A stretch of 64,000 nt of DNA, taken from NCBI GenBank assembly GCA_005889345.1, contig VBFR01000183.1:1315-65314 (forward strand), read 5' to 3'. This DNA is from Chloroflexota bacterium (GTDB lineage Bacteria; Chloroflexota; Dormibacteria; CF-121). A model generated the notes under the pieces. That model saw only the letters and a list, made by a program, of their open reading frames with translations, ran no database searches and was not told where the DNA came from. This document shows, one piece after another, positions 53,808-62,695 of the stretch. The stretch's first letter is position 1. Each line of letters opens with the position of its first letter. The translations under genes and the position numbers were made by a program.

Positions 53808-54599
53808 TTAGAACAGGCCCCGATACTCTCCGCCGTCGACCGCCAGCGTCGTTCCGGTGATGAAGCTGGCCGCGTCGCCAGCCAGGAAGACGACCGCGGC
53901 CGCCAGCTCGTCAGGCCGTCCATGGCGGCCCAGCGGGATGTTGCGGATGCTGCGCGCCGTGTACTCCCCGGGGTCGACGCCGAGCGTGATCGCCTGGTGG
54001 CGGTTCTCCTCCCGGATGCGGTCGGTCTCGAAGCGGCCGGTGAGGATGGAGTTCACCCGAACCTCGGGGGCGGCCTCCTTCGCCAGGGTCTTTCCCATGG
54101 CAACCACGGCCGGCCGCAGCGCGTTCGAGAGCACGAGGTTGTCGACCGGCTGATGCGCCGCGATCGAGGTGAGATTGACGACGGCGCCTCCATCACGCCG
54201 CAGCGCCGGCAGGGAGGCGCGCGTCAGGCGAACGGCGCTCATGAACACCAGGTTGAAGGCCTCCGCCCACGCCTGGTCGTCGAGTTCCGCCACGGTCCCG
54301 AGGATGGGCCCGCGCGTGTTGTTGACGAGCACCTCGAGGCCGCCGAGCGTTTCGACCGCCCATTCGACGAGGTCGCTGCACTGGTCGGGTTGGCGGACAT
54401 CGGCGACCCGCGCGACGACGTCATAGCCCTCGTCGCGCAGCGTCTTCGCTGCGGCTCGGATGCGCTGCTCATCGCTCGAGGAAATGGCCACGCGACAGCC
54501 CTCCGCGGCGAGCGCCCGCGCCGAAGCGAACCCGAGGCCCCGACTGGCCGCGGTCACCAGCGCGCGTCGTCCGCGAAGTCCGGTTTCCACCGGGGACAT
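53808..54599 (-). CDS. SDR family oxidoreductase
   Basis: TGxxxGxG in ALVTAASRGLGFA, and the catalytic YxxxK region. The start is set at the internal Met MSPVETG. Confidence 0.8.
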   Translation of the reverse strand: MSPVETGLRGRRALVTAASRGLGFASARALAAEGCRVAISSSDEQRIRAAAKTLRDEGYDVVARVADVRQPDQCSDLVEWAVETLGGLEVLVNNTRGPILGTVAELDDQAWAEAFNLVFMSAVRLTRASLPALRRDGGAVVNLTSIAAHQPVDNLVLSNALRPAVVAMGKTLAKEAAPEVRVNSILTGRFETDRIREENRHQAITLGVDPGEYTARSIRNIPLGRHGRPDELAAAVVFLAGDAASFITGTTLAVDGGEYRGLF

Positions 54600-54624
54600 A
54601 CTAGGAGCGGCGCGATGCCCTAGG

Positions 54625-54834
54625 CTAGGCGGCGAGACGCGGTTGCTTGCCGCAGGCGGGGCACGGCGTTCCCGCCTTGAGTTCGGCCCGCTTGAAGGCG
54701 TGTCCGCCGCAATGCGGGCAGAGCGCGCCGGGACGGAGGGGAGCGGCTTGCTCCGCCTTCTGCATGCGCTCACGGAGATGACTGTCGTCTTCTTTCTCGA
54801 TGAAGCGCGGATCGGTAGGCGTCTGGGTGCTCAT
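54625..54834 (-). CDS. small zinc-ribbon protein (69 aa)
   Basis: CPHCGG...CPACGK. Its start overlaps the upstream gene's stop by 4 nt. Confidence 0.5.
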   Translation of the reverse strand: MSTQTPTDPRFIEKEDDSHLRERMQKAEQAAPLRPGALCPHCGGHAFKRAELKAGTPCPACGKQPRLAA

Positions 54835-55679
54835 GCGGCCTTCAGCTCGTGTGGCTGGAACTGCTCCGGCCGCAGCCGGTCGCCGATGGCACGGCCGATG
54901 ACTTCCGGATGGAGCTCGACGCCGCGCTGGAAGGGGTGGACGCTCAGGATCGCGGGCACGGTTCGGTCGCCCAGCTTCACGTCGAGCACCCGGCCGTGCA
55001 AGGTGGTCATCCGACCCCAGCCATCCCAGGTTTGAATCGTCCGCCACCAGAGATGGCGGGCGACCGGACCGCCCATGGCGACGACCAGCTGCGGGTTGAT
55101 GCTCGCGAGCAGGCTCTGCAGGTGGCGGTCGACACACTGGTTGACGGCGTCATCGATAACCAGGTCCGGGTTTGCCGTGGGGCAACGGACGGCCCAGGTA
55201 TGGAAGGCGAGGTCCATGACGTCGTGCTTCTCCGGTTTCTGCCCGAGCCGGCGGCGCGCGTTGAGCAGCACCGCCCGTACGAATTGGTAGTAAGGCTGCG
55301 GCGTGTCCGATGTCATGTGGTGCTCGAGTCCGGATTCGTGATCGAGCCACTCGCTGAAGGCCTCGTTGCTGGCGCTGGCGGCATCCAATGGGCTGGGGCT
55401 GATGAACACGATGGGCGCCTGCGGGTTCCCGAACCCGATCTCCGGCCGGCGCAGCGGCTCAGCCAGTCCAGCGCAGGGGCTGTCGGCGCCCCGGTCCGCC
55501 TCGGCGATTGCGCAGCCGTGCAGCCGCTTGAGCGCGTCCGAGCCGAAGAACTGCAGGTACTGCTGGCCCTTGCTCACGCTGTGAAAACGACGCGCGGTGG
55601 CCGGTGAAGCTTGCGCCCCGGCGGCTAAGATTTCTCGGTGGCCCAGGTTCCCGGGATCGACGTCAGCCAGCTCCGGCAA
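54831..55679 (-). CDS. uracil-DNA glycosylase superfamily protein
   Basis: IGFGNPQAPIVFISPSP motif A-like and a C-terminal HPF motif (SVHPFQRG). The start is probably internal, because the ORF overlaps the rhodanese gene on the other strand. Confidence 0.55.
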   Translation of the reverse strand: MPELADVDPGNLGHREILAAGAQASPATARRFHSVSKGQQYLQFFGSDALKRLHGCAIAEADRGADSPCAGLAEPLRRPEIGFGNPQAPIVFISPSPLDAASASNEAFSEWLDHESGLEHHMTSDTPQPYYQFVRAVLLNARRRLGQKPEKHDVMDLAFHTWAVRCPTANPDLVIDDAVNQCVDRHLQSLLASINPQLVVAMGGPVARHLWWRTIQTWDGWGRMTTLHGRVLDVKLGDRTVPAILSVHPFQRGVELHPEVIGRAIGDRLRPEQFQPHELKAA

Positions 55680-55958
55680 CGACTCAAGGCCGAGCCGGCG
55701 CCCTTCTTACTGGACGTCCGCGAGCCGTGGGAATATCAGGAGGCTCACGTGCCGGGCGCGCAATTGATCCCGCTCGGGGAGCTGGAGCAACGCGTGAACG
55801 AAGTGCCACGGGATCGCCCGATCCTGGCCATTTGCCATAGCGGCCAGCGGAGCCTCGCCGCGGCCGGCTACCTCCAGCAACTCGGCTACACCTCGGTCAG
55901 CAACGTCGACGGCGGCACTGCCGCCTGGATCGAACGAGGCTTCCCCGTAGACAAATAG
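55638..55958 (+). CDS. rhodanese-domain sulfurtransferase
   Basis: Active-site Cys loop ICHSGQRS. Confidence 0.75.
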   Translation: MAQVPGIDVSQLRQRLKAEPAPFLLDVREPWEYQEAHVPGAQLIPLGELEQRVNEVPRDRPILAICHSGQRSLAAAGYLQQLGYTSVSNVDGGTAAWIERGFPVDK

Positions 55959-55990
55959 CCTTCCCAGCTTGCCGGGGAGGGCAGGGGCTC

Positions 55991-56013
55991 CGACAGACAG
56001 CTGTCAAAACGGC
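55991..56013 (+). promoter_or_regulatory. conserved 23-nt palindromic motif CGACAGACAGCTGTCAAAACGGC upstream of rmuC
   Basis: Exact copy of the motif at 47916-47938; lies 75 nt upstream of the rmuC GTG. Confidence 0.5.
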
Positions 56014-56088
56014 CTGCTTGACTTTGGGAGTGAGCCAAACCACCATTGACACGACCAACCGTCCTTTTCACGTCCTGAAGGAGTCCAA

Positions 56089-57192
56089 GTGAGCGTCCTC
56101 GAACTGGTCCTCGCGGTGCTACTGGTCGCCACCCTGATCTGCCTTGTCGGCCTGCTCCTCCGGCGGCCGGCCGCGACCGCTCCCTCTGACGCGGTGCTGG
56201 CGGCGCTCACCGATCTGGGCGCCCTCAGGTCACACGTCGAAACCGTCAGCAATCAGCAGAGTGCACTGAGTCAGTCGCTCAGCATGGTGCAGACGGCGGT
56301 TCAGGGCGTTGAGACCAAAGTGCTCGAAAGCTCGGCGGGCGTCCGCGATGCGATCGGGAAAGACCTGTCCGACGCACGCGTCGCCATGGAACGTTTGAAG
56401 GCCGACGCTGAAGAGCGCCGCCGCATGGAAGAGGACGTGCAGGCCTCAGCGCGCCGGATCGAGACCGTCCTGCTCGGCAGCCGCACACGTGGTGCGGCCG
56501 GCGAGAACATCCTTCAGGACGCGTTCCGCCAGTTTCCCGCTGAGATGATCGACATGAACTTCCGGGTCAACGGCAAGGTCGTTGAGTACGCGCTGGTCCT
56601 GGCCAACGGCAAACGGCTGCCGATCGATAGCAAGTGGCCATCCCCGGAATTGCTCGACCGGCTCAGCGACGGCTTGCAGGAGCCGGGCAAAGAGACGACG
56701 CTCGTCCAGGAGATCGAGCGAGTCCTGCGGCTGAAGGTGCGGGAGGTCAAGCAGTACATCGATCCGGCGGCGACGCTCGGCTTCGCCGTGGCCGCCGTTC
56801 CCGACCCGGTCTTCAACGCCTGCCGTCGCGCCCACCTCGAGGCCTATCGCGAAGGGGTGATCCTGATGCCCTACAGCATGACCATCCCCTACGTGCTGGC
56901 CCTCTTTCGCCTGCACCTGCAGTACGCGAAGTCCATCGACATCGAAAACCTCGAGGGCTACTTGCAGCAAATCGACGATAACGTCGCCGCGCTCGATCGC
57001 CTGCTCGAGAACAGCATTGCGCGTGGCAGCACCATGATCCAGAACGCCTTCACCGACGCTAAGCGCAACCTGGGACAGATGCGGGGTGCGCTGGCCGCCA
57101 TGCGCGCGGTGCCGCAGGCGGCCTTGGGCCAGGAGCCGGACATCGACCAGGTCGACGAGCCCGACCTCCAGTTGCTGATCTCCCGCCGCTAA
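56089..57192 (+). CDS. rmuC: DNA recombination protein RmuC
   Basis: AAGGAG RBS; N-terminal TM helix, coiled coil, and an RmuC C-terminal nuclease-like domain (LVLANGKRLPIDSKWP). Confidence 0.8.
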   Translation: MSVLELVLAVLLVATLICLVGLLLRRPAATAPSDAVLAALTDLGALRSHVETVSNQQSALSQSLSMVQTAVQGVETKVLESSAGVRDAIGKDLSDARVAMERLKADAEERRRMEEDVQASARRIETVLLGSRTRGAAGENILQDAFRQFPAEMIDMNFRVNGKVVEYALVLANGKRLPIDSKWPSPELLDRLSDGLQEPGKETTLVQEIERVLRLKVREVKQYIDPAATLGFAVAAVPDPVFNACRRAHLEAYREGVILMPYSMTIPYVLALFRLHLQYAKSIDIENLEGYLQQIDDNVAALDRLLENSIARGSTMIQNAFTDAKRNLGQMRGALAAMRAVPQAALGQEPDIDQVDEPDLQLLISRR

Positions 57193-57193
57193 T

Positions 57194-57694
57194 TTAAGTG
57201 AGGCCCGGTGTGCGCGCGAGGCGCATGACGAGCACGAGGAGGAGAAGGAAGCCGCCGCCGACGAGCATCATCAGGGTGCTCGGGTGGGTCCCCGTGTCGT
57301 CGATCACGAGCTGGTCACTCGCCGTTGCGGTACCGGCTTCGTTCGTGACGGCGACCAGGTAGGAACCCTGCGCCAGGTTCTCGGGCAGCTTCATGAGCAG
57401 GTGATTGGCATCGGGTACCTGAATGGTGGTTGCCGGACGTCCGCCGACTTGCACGGTGGTCGTTGGGGTCAGGTGCTGGCCGAGGATCATGATGTTGGGC
57501 AGTACGGTCGGGTTGACCTTGACCGGGTTCAGCTGGTAAATCTGCGGCGCAAGGCTGACCGGTGCGGGTCGGGGCGCCGCCGGTTTCGGTGTTGGAGTCG
57601 GGCGCTTGGTAGCGGCATAGGCCGGCAGACTGGTCAAGGCAAGCGCCACCAAGCTCGCCAGACCACCCGCCGCCAGGCGCCGCGCTGCTGTCAT
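57194..57694 (-). CDS. secreted IPT/TIG-like domain protein with C-terminal TM anchor
   Basis: Signal peptide, a Pro/Thr linker, a beta-rich domain, and the LMMLVGGGFLLLLVLVM anchor. Confidence 0.5.
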   Translation of the reverse strand: MTAARRLAAGGLASLVALALTSLPAYAATKRPTPTPKPAAPRPAPVSLAPQIYQLNPVKVNPTVLPNIMILGQHLTPTTTVQVGGRPATTIQVPDANHLLMKLPENLAQGSYLVAVTNEAGTATASDQLVIDDTGTHPSTLMMLVGGGFLLLLVLVMRLARTPGLT

Positions 57695-57796
57695 GAAGTT
57701 CCTCTATCAGAAGTAAACGTCCGCCACCGTCTGGACGTCTACCGAATTGGGCCATTCGCGCTACGCAGACGGACGTAGCTGTAACCCGCAGCGCAA

Positions 57797-57830
57797 CAAA
57801 AAAGCCCCTGCCCTTAAGGGGGCAGGGGCT
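57797..57830 (-). terminator. Rho-independent terminator of the histone-like gene
   Basis: GC-rich hairpin gcccctgccc-ttaa-gggggcaggggc followed on the minus strand by TTTTTT. Confidence 0.7.
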
Positions 57831-57844
57831 GGCGATCGACTCGT

Positions 57845-58327
57845 CTAGCGGTTTCCGCCTCCCGGCCAGGTCTGCTCCGGGGGACGCTCGCCGATCTTGA
57901 TGCGCTCGGCCCCGCCCGAGGAGCCGGACTCGGATTCGCTACCCATTCCGGACTCGCTGCCGAATCCACCGAACGACGGCATGCTCGGCGGCTCAGCCGG
58001 CCGTGCCACCGGACGCGTCCCGAACGTGGTGGACGGCTTGGGGGCCGCCGGAGCTGCGGGGCGGGGCGCCGGGGTCGCCGCGCGAACGGCGGGCTTGGGG
58101 GCGGCTTTCGGCGCAGCTGCCTTGGCGGGTGCGGTCTTCCGCTTGGCCGGGGCGCTTCGCTTCGCCGTCGCGCGCTTGGCGGTCGTCTTCTTGGTAGCTG
58201 ACCGCTTCGCCGTGCTCTTCTTTGCCGTGCTGCGCTTGGCCGTCGCCTTCTTGCCGCCGGCCCGCTTGGCCGTCGATCGCCTGGCGGTCGACTTCTTCTT
58301 AGTCGAGGATTTCTTCTTCGCTGGCAT
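57845..58327 (-). CDS. histone H1-like Lys/Ala-rich nucleoid-associated protein with acidic Gly/Ser/Glu tail
   Basis: MPAKKKSSTKKKSTARRSTAKRAGGKKATAKRSTAKKSTAKR... in about 8 degenerate repeats, then a PAAP-rich stretch, then GSESGMGSESESG. Confidence 0.65.
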   Translation of the reverse strand: MPAKKKSSTKKKSTARRSTAKRAGGKKATAKRSTAKKSTAKRSATKKTTAKRATAKRSAPAKRKTAPAKAAAPKAAPKPAVRAATPAPRPAAPAAPKPSTTFGTRPVARPAEPPSMPSFGGFGSESGMGSESESGSSGGAERIKIGERPPEQTWPGGGNR

Positions 58328-58703
58328 TTTTCCTCCCTCGGATGCGTGACGCAGAGTTCGCGCCTGGTTCATGCGGATGAGGACCCGCTGCTGTTACCTG
58401 CGATTTATAGCATCGGCTCTCCCCAAAGACAAGCACTTCCCCGCGTGGCACATCACTAGCCGATGACGCTCCTGGTGCCGCAGCAACCTCGCCGCCCAAT
58501 CGCCGGTCGGCTCCACGCTGCACCGCGCTCACACAGCAACCTGACGAGCGAGTCCCGAAAGGGGCCTCGAGACTGATGCGCGATTCCGACTCAACCCGCG
58601 CAGAGGTTGTGGAGCGGGAGACCACGCTGCGTGCTCGTCCACCACCCAGAGATACGTCGGTAGCCGGCGCGCAGCGCTTCCCGGGTCAGCCAGCCTCGCT
58701 CCA

Positions 58704-59489
58704 TCAGCGTGTGCTCAGCCAGTCCAACACCGTGGTGAAGAGGGCGTCATGCTCGAGATCGACGGTGATCGCATGGCCGGAGCGCTCGAACCAGACGAGC
58801 TGCTTGTCGGTCGATGCGATCGTGTCCATGATGTGGGGCGCGTTTGCGACATCGACCGTTCGGTCGCGGCGGCCGTGAGTGATGAGCGCCGGAGCCGTGA
58901 TCCGCGGCAGTTCGTGGTCGACGACTCGCAGCAGCCGCATCAGGCTTTCGATGCAGACACTCGGCCGGCGGGCGTAACTATGCAGCAGACGCACGGCGCT
59001 CGGATCGCCCAGGTCGACGTCATCGCCCGGCACATGCCAGCGCGCCACGTACTTGAGCCCGCGAATCACCCTGATGCGCCAGTCGCGGAAGTAGACCGGC
59101 GAGCTCATCGCGCCCATGGTGAAGATGCCGCGGACTTCCGGATGGGTGGCCGCCAGGTGGAGCGCCAGCGTCCCGCCCAGGGACTGGCCGCCGACGAACA
59201 CGTCGGGGCAGTCACGCGCCAGCTCCGCGAGGGCATCTTCGGCGGAGCGCACCCAGTCCGGCCAGCGGGTGGTGGCCATGGCCTCGGGCGTCAACCCGTG
59301 CCCGGCGAGTAACGGTCCCATGACGTCGTAGCCGCGGGCGGCCAGGAACTGTCCCATGCCGCGCATCTCCGGCGGAGTCCCGGCAAAGCCGTGGATCAGC
59401 AGGATGCCGCGCGTCCCGCCGCGAAACCGAAAGGGCCGGAGTTGCGCCGGCTCAGCGGGGCTGCTCCAGACGGATTTCGTGCCGACCGC
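58704..59489 (-). CDS. alpha/beta-hydrolase carboxylesterase (Est/YvaK-like)
   Basis: LLIHGFAGTP...GQSLGG nucleophile elbow, Asp in RDRTV, His in SGHAI. The start is set at MAVGTK. Confidence 0.75.
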   Translation of the reverse strand, partial: AVGTKSVWSSPAEPAQLRPFRFRGGTRGILLIHGFAGTPPEMRGMGQFLAARGYDVMGPLLAGHGLTPEAMATTRWPDWVRSAEDALAELARDCPDVFVGGQSLGGTLALHLAATHPEVRGIFTMGAMSSPVYFRDWRIRVIRGLKYVARWHVPGDDVDLGDPSAVRLLHSYARRPSVCIESLMRLLRVVDHELPRITAPALITHGRRDRTVDVANAPHIMDTIASTDKQLVWFERSGHAITVDLEHDALFTTVLDWLSTR

Positions 59490-59610
59490 CATCAAGTTCG
59501 CAGTGTATCGGCCCGCAAGTTCGCGCCGCCGCGTCCGGTTATACAGGCCGGGCGAGGACTCGTCCGTCGGTGCGAAACCACTGACCGAAGCTGGGGGTGA
59601 ACAGGGCGCA

Positions 59611-59931
59611 ATGGCGATCGTCGGGTGGCTCGTGGCGCTGGCGCTGGGTATCGTGCTTGCGCTCTTTTCCGTGGGAAACCAGCAGCCGGCCGTCATCAAT
59701 GTTCTCGGCGCCACCTACCAGGACATCCCCACCTGGGTGGTGATGCTCGCCTGCGCAGCCATCGGCGCGCTGATGGTGCTTGTCATCAGCCTGGTCGATC
59801 GGGTGCGCTGGTTCATGGCCAGCCGCTTCACCAAGAAAGTTCTGCTCGAGCACAAGAAGATGATCATCCAGCGCGACAACCGGATCAGCGAGCTCGAGCA
59901 AGAAGTGCTTCGGCTCCGCGGAGCTGCCTGA
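59611..59931 (+). CDS. LapA-domain (DUF1049) small membrane protein
   Basis: Two TM helices followed by a coiled coil; start at MAIVGW. Confidence 0.5.
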   Translation: MAIVGWLVALALGIVLALFSVGNQQPAVINVLGATYQDIPTWVVMLACAAIGALMVLVISLVDRVRWFMASRFTKKVLLEHKKMIIQRDNRISELEQEVLRLRGAA

Positions 59932-59938
59932 GGCGAGG

Positions 59939-60358
59939 ATGACCCTCAAGGCCTGCCCGCAGTGCGGGTACCGCTATAACGCGCCCGAGAACCAGACGTG
60001 CGGGAAGTGCAAGGGCTGGCTCGGCGGTCCGGTGGCGGCCACCGCCGCCGTTGCGCAGCCGCGGCGTTCTCTGATCCCGCGGACACTACCCGAGTTTGCC
60101 TGCTACCTCCCGGTACCCATCGGGGCGCTGCTGGGCTTCCCCAACCCAATCGGCGCGGTCTTCGGCTTGCTGATGTCCGCGCTGCTGATCAAGGTCGTTC
60201 GCCTCGACATGGAGCGCTTCTCTAAGGGCCTGCTCATCGGCATCGTTATCGCGGGCGTCTTCTTCGTCTACTTGATCTTTCTGCTGATCTTCAGCATCCT
60301 GTTCAATCTGCTTGAACCCGTCCTTCAGCCACTGGTAGGGCGAAGCTTCAAGCAGTAG
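59939..60358 (+). CDS. zinc-ribbon membrane protein
   Basis: CPQCGYRY...CGKCKG followed by two TM helices. Confidence 0.5.
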   Translation: MTLKACPQCGYRYNAPENQTCGKCKGWLGGPVAATAAVAQPRRSLIPRTLPEFACYLPVPIGALLGFPNPIGAVFGLLMSALLIKVVRLDMERFSKGLLIGIVIAGVFFVYLIFLLIFSILFNLLEPVLQPLVGRSFKQ

Positions 60359-60370
60359 CGGGCGGCCGCG

Positions 60371-61645
60371 GTGCGGTCCCTTCGCCGGCTGGCCCGTCCT
60401 GCGTTGCTCCTGTTGCTGGTGGTTGCCGCGCTGCCGGCGACGCTCGGCCCAGGTTCGGGGCGTCCAACGGCCCAGGTCGCCCCGCCGACGCCGTCGGCCC
60501 GGTCGTCGGCTACCCCGGCCCCCCCGCCGAGTCCTGCTGCCCTGCCGGCCCCCACACCAGATTCGCGCCCGCCGCTCTTGACCCTCGACATGGCCGTCGG
60601 CCAGATGATGGCGGCGAGCTTCGCGGGACCGAGCGTCACCGAGGGCCTGCGCCGCCTCATCATCGATCAGAAGGTCGGCACGGTGCTGATCTTCGGCGAC
60701 AACTTCACCGACGCGGCGAGCCTGCGTCGGCTGACGGCGGAATTGCAGCGACTGGGTCGGGAAGCCGGCCTGCCGGCGCCACTCCTCGTCGCCGTCGACG
60801 AAGAGGGTGGCAGGGTGATGCGGATTCATGACGGTGTAACCGCCCTGCCTTCGGAGCTTGAGCTCGGTGCCCGCGGCGCGCAAGCCGTGAGGCAGGCAGT
60901 GGCCGACAATGCGTCGGGCCTTCACGCGTTGGGCATCCAGCTCAACCTGGCGCCGGTTGCGGACCTACGCTCAAACCCCGCCGACGCCGTCATCGGCGAC
61001 CGCTCGTTTGGCGGCGATCCCGCCGCGGTCGGCCCGCTGGTGGCAGCCGCGGTCGACGGCCTCCACGATGGAGGCGTCGCGGCAACCTTGAAACACTTTC
61101 CGGGCCTGGGTGGGGCCGCCGGTGACCCGCACAGCGTGATGCCGACGGATCCCGAGAGCCTCGATCGTTGGATCGCGACCCAGGCGCGCAGTTTTCAGGC
61201 GGGCATCGATGCGGGCGCCGATGCCGTGATGACCACCGCCGTTGTCGTGCCCGGCCTCGACCCCAGCGGGACGCCGGCGCTCTTTTCCAGAGCGGTCGTC
61301 ACCGGCCTCTTGCGCGAGCGCCTGCAGTTCCAGGGCGTGATCGTGACGGACGGCCTCGGCATGGGCGGGATCACCATGCTGTACGGCCTTCCGGACGCGA
61401 CCATCGCCGCGGTGCGCGCCGGCAACGACCTCGTGCTGCTCAACAGCGCCGACGCCGGCTACCAGGCATCGGCGATCGACGCGGTCAAGCAGCAGGTGCG
61501 CGCGGGGGCAATCCCGATGGACCAGGTGCAGGCCTCAGCCGCGCGGGTGATTGCCCTGCGCGCCCGCTGGCCGGTCTGGGCGCCATCTCTGATGGATCTG
61601 GCGGCGGCGCCGCCGACCTTCGAGCTCGCCCTAAGCCGTCGCTGA
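60371..61645 (+). CDS. nagZ: beta-N-acetylhexosaminidase (GH3, NagZ-like), secreted
   Basis: KHFPGLGGAAGDPH motif, a signal peptide and a Pro-rich linker. Confidence 0.8.
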   Translation: MRSLRRLARPALLLLLVVAALPATLGPGSGRPTAQVAPPTPSARSSATPAPPPSPAALPAPTPDSRPPLLTLDMAVGQMMAASFAGPSVTEGLRRLIIDQKVGTVLIFGDNFTDAASLRRLTAELQRLGREAGLPAPLLVAVDEEGGRVMRIHDGVTALPSELELGARGAQAVRQAVADNASGLHALGIQLNLAPVADLRSNPADAVIGDRSFGGDPAAVGPLVAAAVDGLHDGGVAATLKHFPGLGGAAGDPHSVMPTDPESLDRWIATQARSFQAGIDAGADAVMTTAVVVPGLDPSGTPALFSRAVVTGLLRERLQFQGVIVTDGLGMGGITMLYGLPDATIAAVRAGNDLVLLNSADAGYQASAIDAVKQQVRAGAIPMDQVQASAARVIALRARWPVWAPSLMDLAAAPPTFELALSRR

Positions 61646-62695
61646 GCGGGCTCCCACTTCCTGCCCAGGGCGCACCAGCCAGTTGAGCGCGTTCACGTAG
61701 GCATTGGCCGCCGCCTCGATGACGTCGAGGGCCATGGCGCGCCCGATGACAACGTGCGACCCCTGGCTCAGTGTCACGACCGCCTCCCCAAGGGCGTCGC
61801 TGCCCTGGGTCGCTGCCGCCAGGCTGAAGTCTTCGAGCTCGGCCTCCACGCCGGTCACGGACTGGATGGCGCGGAAGACGGCGTCGAGCGTGCCGTTTCC
61901 GCTGGCGGTTCCGGTCGTGCTGTTTCCGTCGTCGATGATCGATACCTCGGCACTGCTCGAGAGACCGCTCTGGGAATGCACCTGCACCTCCTTGAGCGCA
62001 TACCGTCCCGGCGTGGCGCGCCCGAGGGCCTCATCGACCGCCAGCTTCAGATCCTCGGCGTACAGAACACGTTTGCGCTCGGCGAGGCTCATCACGAGCG
62101 AGTACACGGATCCGAGTTGCTGTTCCTCCAGCTGGATGCCCATCGCCCCCAACTCCTCGGCCAGCCGCCGCCGGCCCGCCGCGGTACCGACCTGCCCATG
62201 TTGCGGGGCGTAGCCAATGTCTTCGGGATCGATGAACGCGGGAACCACCGACTTCGGGCGGCGCGGAGGACTGAAGACGGACGTGGGGAAGGCCGCGCGC
62301 ACTTCTTCGATCCAGCGTTCCCACCCGGAATAATCCATGGTGGCGAGCATGGCAACATAAGCGTCGAACCGAACCAGCAGCGCTGCGGGCTGGTCGTGAT
62401 GCTTGATGATCAGCGTGGTGCCGCTTTCCTCCAGTGCCTGAAGAATGGGATCGAGGTTGCGGGCGAGTTCGGGAGCCGAAATGACTTTGAGCACGACGCC
62501 ATCGTAGACTGGCATTTCGCGCGGGTCAAACATCATCGCTGGTGGTTTCCGCTGGTCGCCCTGCTGGCGCTGGCCGCGTGCCAGCAGGTCCCCACGCGAT
62601 CTCCAACGCCGAGCGCGACCGCTCGCGTCACCCCCTCGAGCATTGCCGCCTGTCCGGCTACACCAGCAGCGCCGGGCCAGCAGGTTTTGCTTCAA
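61631..62695 (-). pseudogene. ORF combining a Phd/YefM-like N-terminal segment with the LeuA (2-isopropylmalate synthase) linker and allosteric regulatory domain; no catalytic TIM barrel. Possible gene remnant or novel fusion.
   Basis: MPVYDGVVLKVISAPELARNLDPILQALEESGTTLIIKHHDQPAALLVRFDAYVAML is Phd-like. The C-terminus SIIDDGNSTTGTASGNGTLDAVFRAIQSVTGVEAELEDFSL is a LeuA_dimer-like regulatory domain. Confidence 0.45.
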
